Part shown: positions 27,834 to 36,437 of the stretch, one piece after another
Layout of the letters: each line of letters begins with the position of its first letter
Numbering within the stretch: the stretch's first letter is position 1
Source of the DNA: an uncultured Haloferula sp.
Lineage (GTDB): Bacteria; Verrucomicrobiota; Verrucomicrobiia; Verrucomicrobiales; Akkermansiaceae
Length of the DNA stretch: 64,000 bases
Assembly: GCA_965652295.1 (NCBI GenBank)
Contig: CBFGTS010000001.1
Coordinates: forward strand, 416,001-480,000
Direction of reading: 5' to 3'
Notes under the pieces: generated by a model
What the model was told of the DNA's origin: nothing
The model's input: only the letters and a program-made list of their open reading frames with translations
Databases searched by the model: none
Translations under genes and position numbers: made by a program

Positions 27834-27954
27834 GGGTATTGGGTGCGGAAACGGGCGGATGCTAGCTTTTCGGTCCGTGTCAGCCATGATGCGGTCCGCG
27901 ATGCCGCCTCTTGGCGCGGTCGCTTATAGCCCTGCCCCAAACCCTGCCGCTTCC

Positions 27955-30342
27955 GTGAACGTCCATTCTCCATTCTTTCCACCTCATTTCATGATCGCCG
28001 CAGCGTTGGCGGCGTCGCCGGTCTCGGCGGATGAGGCCGTCGTTTCGATCGATGTCGATCAACCCGGCCACGAGGTTTCTCCGCTGCTCTGGGGCATCTT
28101 TTTCGAGGACATCAACCTTTCCGCCGACGGCGGACTCTATCCCGAGCTCGTCCGCAACCGCTCGTTCGAAGGCAGCGACGAGTTGCGCTTCTGGGAAATG
28201 GAATCCACCGGGGGATCGTGGGTCGTCGGCGAGCATCGTCCGCTGAACGCCTTCAACCGTCGGTCGCTCCGCGTGACTCCCGCTGGCGACTGTGTGCTGG
28301 AGAATGAAGGCTACTGGGGAATGAATTTCGTCGCCGGTGAGGACTACCGTTTCCAGCTTACCGCCCACGGTAGCGACGACTTCGACGGAAACCTCACCGT
28401 CCAGCTTTGCGACGAGGCCGGCACGATCCTCGATTCCGGCCGGATTTCGGGCGTCGGGGCCGACTGGGAAAACCACGAACTGACCCTCAAGCCGTCGAAG
28501 TCCGATCCGAAGGGAAAGCTCCGGATCGCCATTGCCGGGAGCGGCTCCGTGTTTCTCGACATGATTTCGCTCATGCCCGCCAAGACGTGGAAGAACCACG
28601 GTCTGCGGATCGATTTGGCAGAGTCCATGGACGCTCTCAAGCCGGCGTTCTTCCGTTTTCCCGGCGGCTGCTGGGTGGAAGGCGACGACATGGCGCACGC
28701 CTACCGCTGGAAGGAGACGATCGGCGGGGTCGAGGAGCGGACGCCGCTTTACAACGTCTGGAATTACAATGCCACGCACGGCATCGGCTATCACGAGTAT
28801 CTCCAGCTTGCGGAGGACCTCGGTGCGGAGCCGCTTTTCTGCATCAACGTCGGCATGTCGCACACCGACTCCGTTCCCATGGGCCGGATGGGGGAGTGGG
28901 TGGAGGACGCGCTGGATGCCATCGAGTATGCGAACGGACCGGTCGATTCCGTCTGGGGTGCCCTGCGTGCGAAGAACGGCCATCCGGAGCCTTTCAACCT
29001 CCGCTACATCGAGATCGGCAATGAAAACGGTGGGCCCAAGTACGCCGAGCGCTGGCCGCTTTTCGTGAAGGCGATCAAGGCGAAGTATCCGGAGATCACG
29101 CTCATTGCGAACTACTGGGAGGGCGACTACCCGAATGAACCCATGCCGGAAATCGTGGACGAGCATTACTACGAACCCCCCGAGGCATTCATGCGCAAGG
29201 CCACGCTTTACGACGACCGCAACCGCGAGGGCCCCAGGATTTTCGTCGGCGAGTATGCGGCGACCAAGCGCGCCGGCCGGGGTAACCTGCGCGCCGCGAT
29301 CGGTGAAGCCGCCTTCATGACGGGCCTCGAGCGGAACTCCGACGTGGTGGCGATGGCCGCTTACGCCCCCTTGTTCACCAACGTGAACCACCGGGCGTGG
29401 AATCCCGACCTGATCAATTTCGACAGCGCCGGCTGGTATGGCATCCCGAGTTACTACGTGCAGCAGATGTTCAGTCTGAATGCCGGAGATGTCACCTTGC
29501 CGGTCGCGGTGGAAAGCGCGGAAATCCCCCAGCCGGAGCCGCACGGCATGATCGGCGTCGGCACTTGGAATACCCAGGCCGAGTTCAAGGACATCAAGGT
29601 CACCGCGCCGGACGGCGAAGTTCTCTTCAAATCGGATTTCAGCAAGAGTCCCGACAGTTGGGCTTTCGTGGGGCCCGGTGAGTGGAGTGTCGAAAAGGGA
29701 GCATTGCGTCAATCGGCCGAGTTGCCCCGCGTGCGCGCCTTGATCGGCGACAAGTTCTGGAAGGACTACACGATCGAACTGAAGGCGCGGAAAATCAGCG
29801 GTCGCGAGGGTTTCATCGTGATGTTCCACATCCAGGACGAGGAGGACCGTACCTCCTGGAACCTTGGCGGATGGGACAATAAATATTCCGGACTCGGCCT
29901 CGGCGACACCGAGGAACGCAAGGATCTGAGCATGGAAACCGGGCGGTGGTATGATGTCCGCGTGCAACTGGATGGCGACCACGTGCGCTGCTGGCTCGAT
30001 GGCGAGCTGATGCACGACTACCAACGTCCCAAGCTGACGATCCAGACGATCTATGCCAGTGCCACGCGGGAGAAGGAGAGCGGGGACGTGATCGTCAAGG
30101 TCGTCAACACCGCTGCCGGAGCGACCGAAACCACGATCGACCTCAAAGGCATCAACGGAGTTTCCGGAGACGCGGAGGCGATCGTCCTGACATCCGCCGA
30201 TCCCACGGATGAGAACACGCTCGAAGAGCCGACGAAAGTTTCCCCGACGACGGAGACCTTCAGCGTCACCGACGCCAGATTCACCCGCTCGTTTCCAGGG
30301 AACTCGTTCACCGTTCTCAGAATTCCGGCTACCAAAGAATGA
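27955..30342 (+). CDS. Alpha-L-arabinofuranosidase (GH51) with inserted beta-sandwich domain
   Basis: GIFFEDIN, RFPGGCWVEG, IEIGNEN, DEHYY, GEYA, YAPL; C-terminal IVKVVN...DENTLEEP...SFTVLR; start GTG 27955 or ATG 27991. Confidence 0.92.
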   Translation: MNVHSPFFPPHFMIAAALAASPVSADEAVVSIDVDQPGHEVSPLLWGIFFEDINLSADGGLYPELVRNRSFEGSDELRFWEMESTGGSWVVGEHRPLNAFNRRSLRVTPAGDCVLENEGYWGMNFVAGEDYRFQLTAHGSDDFDGNLTVQLCDEAGTILDSGRISGVGADWENHELTLKPSKSDPKGKLRIAIAGSGSVFLDMISLMPAKTWKNHGLRIDLAESMDALKPAFFRFPGGCWVEGDDMAHAYRWKETIGGVEERTPLYNVWNYNATHGIGYHEYLQLAEDLGAEPLFCINVGMSHTDSVPMGRMGEWVEDALDAIEYANGPVDSVWGALRAKNGHPEPFNLRYIEIGNENGGPKYAERWPLFVKAIKAKYPEITLIANYWEGDYPNEPMPEIVDEHYYEPPEAFMRKATLYDDRNREGPRIFVGEYAATKRAGRGNLRAAIGEAAFMTGLERNSDVVAMAAYAPLFTNVNHRAWNPDLINFDSAGWYGIPSYYVQQMFSLNAGDVTLPVAVESAEIPQPEPHGMIGVGTWNTQAEFKDIKVTAPDGEVLFKSDFSKSPDSWAFVGPGEWSVEKGALRQSAELPRVRALIGDKFWKDYTIELKARKISGREGFIVMFHIQDEEDRTSWNLGGWDNKYSGLGLGDTEERKDLSMETGRWYDVRVQLDGDHVRCWLDGELMHDYQRPKLTIQTIYASATREKESGDVIVKVVNTAAGATETTIDLKGINGVSGDAEAIVLTSADPTDENTLEEPTKVSPTTETFSVTDARFTRSFPGNSFTVLRIPATKE

Positions 30343-30396
30343 GGATCTCGACCCTCTGTTCGCTCGACTCTTTCCCTTGTTCCTCGCTCTGACGTC

Positions 30397-32646
30397 ATGA
30401 CCCGCGCAAGAATTTCACGCTGCTTTCTTCTCGCTCTGTTCGTCGGCCTGATGTCGTCGGCTTCTGCCCGCGAGTTCGTCCATCCCGGTGGCCTCCATAC
30501 CCAGGAGGACCTCGATCGAATGAAGGAAAAGGTTGCCGCGAAGGCTCACCCATGGATCGACGGCTGGGAGGCACTCATCGAAGATCCGAAGGCCCAAAGT
30601 GATTATCGGCCGAAGCCGCAGCGTCACATGATAAGCCGGCAGCAGGCCCAGAACGACGCCACCGCTGCGTATCTGAATGCTCTGCGGTGGTACATCTCCG
30701 GGGAGGAATCCCACGCGAAGTGCGCGATGCGCATTCTTAACGCTTGGGCGGACACCGTGAACGAGGTGCCGCGCGGACCGGATCAGCCCGGTCTCAGTGG
30801 CATTCCCATTGGCAGCTTCGCCCTCGCCGCGGAAGTGCTTCGCACCTGTCCGGGCTGGTCGGACGAGGACCAGGCGAAGTTCAAGGAAATGCTCATCAAG
30901 TATTTCTATCCCGTGTGCCATGATTTCCTCGCGAACCACAATGGCGCGGCCGACGACAAATGGTGGGCGAACTGGGATACCTGCAACATGCTCGCGCTCA
31001 TCGCCATCGGCGTCTATTGCGACCACGAGGAGATCTTCGACGAGGCGATCGAGTATTTCAAAAACGGCAAGGGCCGCGGCAGCATCATGAACGCCGTGCC
31101 CTTTGTTTACGAGGGCGGCCTCGGTCAATGGCAGGAAAGCGGCCGGGATCAGGCGCACGTGATGGGCGGCATGGGCCTGCTCGCGGAAATGTGCCAGGTG
31201 GCTTGGAACCAAGGCGTCGACCTCTTCGGATACGCTGACAACCGGCTGCTCGCCGGTGCTGAATACACGGCGCAATACACCCTCTGGAAAGGTGTTCCCT
31301 ATACGTATTACACGAACTCGGACCGGGCGAACCAATACTATATCTCGGAGAACTACCACGGCCGCCTCGATGCCTCGCATTTCGAGATGCTCTACAATCA
31401 CTACGTGGTGCGTCAGGGTCTCGAGGCTCCCAGCGTCCAGCAGCTCGCGGAGCTTCGCCGGCCCGAGCCCGGGGAGATCGATGTCTTCGGTTATGGCACG
31501 CTGACCTTCACGCTCGATGCGGAGAAGTCGCCTTATCCCGCGATGTCGGCTCCGCCCACGCCGCTCGACCTCCGTGCGATGGCCGGTGTGGATCGTGTGG
31601 ACCTGAAGTGGTCGCCGTCCGGTGCCTACACCACGCACGGTCACGAGATCTTCCGCGCCACCTCGGCCCGCGGTCCCTACAAGAGCATCCACTCGACCCG
31701 GAGGTGGACGACACCCTCGTTCACCGATACCGATGTCAAAGCGGGTAAAACCTACTTCTACAAGGTCGCCGCCCTCAACAACTCGGGTGAGAGCGAGCCT
31801 TCCGCGCCGGTGAGCGCGAAACCGCTTGCTGGAGGTGCTCTGCCAAAGGGTTGGACGGCCGGGAAGGCGGGCGCGTGGTTCTCGGAGGCGGCCGGCAAAA
31901 CCTTCGTCGTTCATGCCGCACCGGGCGACGAGAGTTATACCTACTGCGAAATCAGCGGGGATTTCACGCTCACCGCCCGGCTGATCGACCGGCGTGGAAA
32001 GATCAAGATGGCGGGCATCATGATGCGCGAGAGCGTGGGTGAGGATGCCTGCTTCGCCGCCCTGACCACAGGCGAATACGGCGGACGTCAGGCGCGTTTC
32101 CGGACCCGCTCGGAGACGGATGGTCGCACGACCACCCACTACGGCTGCGACTACACCTGGCCGCCTGTTTGGTTCCGCATCCAGCGCAGCGGCGATGTTT
32201 TCAGCGGTTTCCAATCCATCGATGGCATCGAGTGGTTCGAGATCGGCGAGAGTGAGATCGCGATGCCCTCGAAGATGCTCGTCGGTTTCCTGGTGGCGGG
32301 CGAAGACGATGATCGCGAGGAATCGGTCGCCACGTTCTGTGAGGCCAGCGGTGAAGCAAGCCCTCCGTCACCACCCGCCGCACCGGAGGGACTTTCCGCG
32401 GAAGCGGGTGACGGCCGCGTCGAGCTTGCCTGGCAGCATCCCGGTGAGGACGGGGTTGCCGGATTCAAGGTCGAAGCCTCCATCGACGGTGCTCCTTTCC
32501 ACGAAATCTCCGACCTGCCTTCGGACTCGCGGGGTTTCATCAACACGGGGCGGAAAGAGCCGTCCACCATCCGCTACCGGGTCCGCGCCTACAATCGCGG
32601 CGGCTACTCCGGGTATTCCAGTGTCGCTTCGCAAGAAGGACGATGA
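30397..32646 (+). CDS. Alginate-lyase-family (PF05426-like) protein with FN3 domains
   Basis: FVHPGGLHT, WWANWD, GQWQESGRDQAH, NRLLAGAEY; two FN3-like repeats; signal peptide. Confidence 0.8.
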   Translation: MTRARISRCFLLALFVGLMSSASAREFVHPGGLHTQEDLDRMKEKVAAKAHPWIDGWEALIEDPKAQSDYRPKPQRHMISRQQAQNDATAAYLNALRWYISGEESHAKCAMRILNAWADTVNEVPRGPDQPGLSGIPIGSFALAAEVLRTCPGWSDEDQAKFKEMLIKYFYPVCHDFLANHNGAADDKWWANWDTCNMLALIAIGVYCDHEEIFDEAIEYFKNGKGRGSIMNAVPFVYEGGLGQWQESGRDQAHVMGGMGLLAEMCQVAWNQGVDLFGYADNRLLAGAEYTAQYTLWKGVPYTYYTNSDRANQYYISENYHGRLDASHFEMLYNHYVVRQGLEAPSVQQLAELRRPEPGEIDVFGYGTLTFTLDAEKSPYPAMSAPPTPLDLRAMAGVDRVDLKWSPSGAYTTHGHEIFRATSARGPYKSIHSTRRWTTPSFTDTDVKAGKTYFYKVAALNNSGESEPSAPVSAKPLAGGALPKGWTAGKAGAWFSEAAGKTFVVHAAPGDESYTYCEISGDFTLTARLIDRRGKIKMAGIMMRESVGEDACFAALTTGEYGGRQARFRTRSETDGRTTTHYGCDYTWPPVWFRIQRSGDVFSGFQSIDGIEWFEIGESEIAMPSKMLVGFLVAGEDDDREESVATFCEASGEASPPSPPAAPEGLSAEAGDGRVELAWQHPGEDGVAGFKVEASIDGAPFHEISDLPSDSRGFINTGRKEPSTIRYRVRAYNRGGYSGYSSVASQEGR

Positions 32647-32880
32647 AGATCCCAAGGGCATGGCACCGCCAAACCGACGGAGCGTTTTCACGTCCGCGGT
32701 GGTCGTCGCCGGCGCTGTGACCCCCTGATCGCCGTTTGTCAGGGCGACGGAGGGGGTGGGATTTCGATATGGAGTGGTGCATCCCCTGACGGTGGGGAAC
32801 CTTGCTCGTAGGGGGGAGCGGGTTTCTGATGGGAGGCGCGGACGGGCTCGAAAGCTCCGGCCGCCACCCATCCACGTTCC

Positions 32881-35472
32881 ATGAAGATCCTGATCACTTC
32901 CGCCGCCGCGCTGACTCTTGCGGCCGGTTCTGCCTCCGGACGCGAGGCCCCGGCGGATCCCAATGCTCTCATTCCGCCCGCAACGCCACTCATCGCCTGC
33001 GACCCGTATTTCAGCATCTGGTCGCCGGCCGACCATTTGTCCGACGTCGAGACGTCCCACTGGACCGGCCGCCGCCATCAGCTCAGCAGCCTCGTCAAGA
33101 TCGATGGCGAGACCTTCCGGCTGATGGGTTCCTCTCCCGCGTCCGTCCCCGCTCTGGAGCAGACGGCGCTGACGGTCATGCCCACGCGCACCCTGTATTC
33201 CTTCGAGGGCGGCGGGGTGAAGATCGACCTGACCTTCACCACTCCCGCGTTGCCCGACGACATGGCGCTGCTTTCCCGCCCGGTCACCTACCTTACCTAC
33301 GAAGCGCGGGCGACGGATGGCAAGGAGCACACCGTTTCGATCTTCTTCGGTGCTTCGGGAGAACTCACCGTCAATGACGTCGGTCAGGCCGTGCAGTGGC
33401 AGGGTGGGGTGAAGGATGGCCTCTCGATCCTGAAAATGGGCTCGAAGGAGCAGCGCATTCTCGGGAAAAAGGGCGACGATCTGCGGATCGACTGGGGCTA
33501 CCTCTACGTCGCCGCGCCACAGTCGTCCACGGAGTCGACCACCTTCGGCCGGGTGACCGATCTCGCTTTCTCGTTCGCCGCGTCGGATCTCGAAAAATCC
33601 GCTGACTCGGGCGAGGCGGACAAGGCCGATCAGACCGGCGCGGGCCTCGTGCTCAAGCCTCTGAAAGTCGGTTCCGAGCCGGTTTCGAGCTGGCTGATGG
33701 TCGCCTATGACGACCTGTTTTCGATCCAATACAACCACGCCAACCTCCGCCCCTACTGGCGCAAGGACGGGTGGGAAGCGCAGGACCTGCTCAAGGCATC
33801 GGCGGAGGAATACGACGCGCTCATGAAGCGCTGCGAAGACTTCGACAACGAACTCTTCGCCGACCTCGAGAAAATGGGCGGCGTCCAATATGCGAAAATC
33901 TGCGCGCTGGCCTACCGTCAGTGCTTCGCCGCGGGCAAGTTCGTGGCGGACAAGAACGGCCAGCCGCTCCAGTTCTCGAAGGAGAACCATTCGAACGGCT
34001 GCATTGCCACCTCGGATGTCTTCTACCCGATGGCACCGCAGTTTCTGTTGATGGGCCCGACGGTGGCGAAGTCGTTCATCGTGCCCTTCATGGAATATGC
34101 CATGAGCGAGCGCTGGAAGTTCCCCTTCGCTCCCCACGATCTCGGTACCTACCCGCTCGCCAACGGGCAGGTCTATGGCGGAGGCGAGACCAGTGAGGAG
34201 AACCAGATGCCTGTCGAGGAGTGCGGAAACCTCCTCATCCTCATGGCTGCGGTCGCGGAAATGGAGGGTAATGCCAAGTTCTCCGAACCCTACTGGAGCC
34301 GCCTTGAGGAATGGGCGAACTACCTGAAGAAGGAAGGCTTCGACCCGCCGAACCAGCTCTGCACCGACGATTTCGCCGGTCACCTCGCCCACAACGTGAA
34401 CCTCAGCGCCAAGGCGATCTGTGGACTGGCATCCTTCGCCAAACTCTGCGAGCTGCGCGGAGATGAGGCCAAGGCCGCGGATTTCCGCGCCACCGCCAAG
34501 CGCTTCGCCGAGCGCTGGATCGAGGAAGCCGACGATGGTGATCACTACCGCCTCGCCTTTGACCGGGAAAACACCTGGAGCCAGAAATACAACCTCGTCT
34601 GGGACCGCATCTTCAACTTCGGGCTTTTCCCCGAAAAGGTTTTCGAAACCGAGATGACCTATTACCGCAAGGTGCAGAACAAGTATGGCCTGCCTCTCGA
34701 CAACCGCTCGGACTACACCAAGCTCGACTGGATCCTGTGGACCGCCACGCTGACCGAAAAGCCCGAGGACTTCGACGCTCTCGTCTCGCCGGTGTTCCTT
34801 TTCCTCAACGAAACGCCGGACCGGTCGCCGATGACCGACTGGTATTTCACCTCCACCGCCGAGAAGCGCGGATTCACCGCCCGCCCGGTGGTGGGAGGCG
34901 TGTTCCTCCGCGCGCTTTACGACAAGGACGTGTGGAAAAAGTACGCCTCCCGCGACAAGACGAAGGCGGCGAACTGGGCACCGATGCCCGACTACGTCCC
35001 GCCGGTGGTGACGCCGGTGGTCGAGGCCGGCGACAAGAAGTCGAACATCCAGTGGGCTTACACGTTCGAGCGCCCTGCGGATGGCTGGATGAAGCCAGGT
35101 TTCGATGACAGCGACTGGAAGACCGGAACTGCCGGCTTCGGCAGCGACGGCACACCCAACGCCAAGAACCGCACCCAGTGGACCGGCAGCGATATCTGGA
35201 TCCGCCGCGAATTCGACCTGAAAACCGGTGCCTCCGACGACCTCAAGCTGTGGGTTTTCCACGACGAGGATGCGGACATCTACCTCAACGGCGTTCCGGC
35301 AGCGACCCTCGGTGGTTTCACCACCGGCTACGAGATTTTCGAGATTTCCTCCGAAGCGAAAGCCGCCCTCAAGCGAGGGAAGAACGTCATCGCCGTCCAC
35401 TGCCATCAGGAGCAGGGCGGGCAGTACATCGACGTCGGCCTCGTGGAGGTGAAGCCCGGCAAGAAGAAGTGA
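32881..35472 (+). CDS. Glutaminase GtaA-like (DUF5127/DUF4965/DUF1793) secreted protein with C-terminal sugar-binding-type domain
   Basis: PATPLIACDPYFSIWS, FSKENHSNG, APHDLGTYP, MPVEECGN, QLCTDDFAG, WSQKYNLVWD, ARPVVGG; C-terminal WIRREF..HDED..YLNG..GKNVIAVHC. Confidence 0.85.
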   Translation: MKILITSAAALTLAAGSASGREAPADPNALIPPATPLIACDPYFSIWSPADHLSDVETSHWTGRRHQLSSLVKIDGETFRLMGSSPASVPALEQTALTVMPTRTLYSFEGGGVKIDLTFTTPALPDDMALLSRPVTYLTYEARATDGKEHTVSIFFGASGELTVNDVGQAVQWQGGVKDGLSILKMGSKEQRILGKKGDDLRIDWGYLYVAAPQSSTESTTFGRVTDLAFSFAASDLEKSADSGEADKADQTGAGLVLKPLKVGSEPVSSWLMVAYDDLFSIQYNHANLRPYWRKDGWEAQDLLKASAEEYDALMKRCEDFDNELFADLEKMGGVQYAKICALAYRQCFAAGKFVADKNGQPLQFSKENHSNGCIATSDVFYPMAPQFLLMGPTVAKSFIVPFMEYAMSERWKFPFAPHDLGTYPLANGQVYGGGETSEENQMPVEECGNLLILMAAVAEMEGNAKFSEPYWSRLEEWANYLKKEGFDPPNQLCTDDFAGHLAHNVNLSAKAICGLASFAKLCELRGDEAKAADFRATAKRFAERWIEEADDGDHYRLAFDRENTWSQKYNLVWDRIFNFGLFPEKVFETEMTYYRKVQNKYGLPLDNRSDYTKLDWILWTATLTEKPEDFDALVSPVFLFLNETPDRSPMTDWYFTSTAEKRGFTARPVVGGVFLRALYDKDVWKKYASRDKTKAANWAPMPDYVPPVVTPVVEAGDKKSNIQWAYTFERPADGWMKPGFDDSDWKTGTAGFGSDGTPNAKNRTQWTGSDIWIRREFDLKTGASDDLKLWVFHDEDADIYLNGVPAATLGGFTTGYEIFEISSEAKAALKRGKNVIAVHCHQEQGGQYIDVGLVEVKPGKKK

Positions 35473-35666
35473 TGCCCGGCTGAGAAGCCATTTTGTCATC
35501 AACCCAAGACGCAGCTGCGGGTCATGGACATCGTCCATGGCCCGCACGTTGTTTGCGGCGTCTCATGCGCCCGCAGCCCCGGTAGAACAAGGGATGGCGA
35601 GGTTCGCGCGGTTTCTTCAGGGACCTTTCCATTGTCGGCTGCCTGATCGCTGCTAGGTTGAAGGCG

Positions 35667-36437
35667 ATGGAGGAAAGCAAAGCCGTCAGGCTGATTTGTT
35701 CGGATATCGATGGCACCCTGCTGGGTGACGCCGGTGCCACCCGCGATCTTCGTTCCACTTGGGATGCGTTGCCTGAAACCAGGCCGGTGTTGGTGTTCAG
35801 CACCGGCCGTTTGCTGGGAGACGCGATTGAGACGGCGGAGGTCAATGGCCTGCCGCGGCCCGATTTCGTGATCGGCGGAGTGGGCACGATGGTTTTCAAC
35901 GGCCGCTCCGGCTCGCGGCTCGATGAGTTTTCAAAGGTCCTCGACGAGAACTGGGACCGGGCCGCGGTGGACCGGATCGTCCGGGATTTCGCCGGCATCA
36001 CGCCGCAGCCGCCGGAGCAGCAGCACGAGTGGAAGAGCAGTTGGTTCTGGCACGAGGCGGCCCCTGATCGGATCCGGGAACTGGAGGAGGCGCTGCGCTC
36101 GGCCGGAGTCGGTGCGCAGGTGATCTATTCCTCGGCGCGGGATCTCGATGTGCTGCCGTTGGCCGCCAACAAGGGCAATGCGTTGCGGTGGCTGTGCGGA
36201 CATCTGGGCATCGGCCTCGATGAGGCGGTCACGGCGGGCGACACCGGCAACGATGTTTCCATGCTGCTCGCGCCCGGCGTGAGAGGCATCGCCGTCGGAA
36301 ATTCCGAGCCGGAGCTGCTGGATGCCATCCGGGGCAGCTCCGTTTACTTTGCTCGCGCCCGCTGTGCGGCGGGCGTCCTCGAGGGTCTTGTTCACTACGG
36401 CGTCATCCGGGAGACCGTCCCGGCCACCAAGGCATGA
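35667..36437 (+). CDS. HAD-IIB hydrolase, sucrose-phosphate phosphatase-like
   Basis: SDIDGTL, STGR, NKGNAL, AGDTGND HAD motifs; overlaps the SPS start (ATGA). Confidence 0.85.
   Translation: MEESKAVRLICSDIDGTLLGDAGATRDLRSTWDALPETRPVLVFSTGRLLGDAIETAEVNGLPRPDFVIGGVGTMVFNGRSGSRLDEFSKVLDENWDRAAVDRIVRDFAGITPQPPEQQHEWKSSWFWHEAAPDRIRELEEALRSAGVGAQVIYSSARDLDVLPLAANKGNALRWLCGHLGIGLDEAVTAGDTGNDVSMLLAPGVRGIAVGNSEPELLDAIRGSSVYFARARCAAGVLEGLVHYGVIRETVPATKA

Noticed and set aside
27880..32214. 714-aa and 599-aa minus-strand ORFs
   Set aside because: Antisense shadows of the GH51 and lyase genes.
32368..35547. 1059-aa minus-strand ORF
   Set aside because: Antisense shadow of the DUF4965-type gene, typical of high-GC3 DNA; no motifs.
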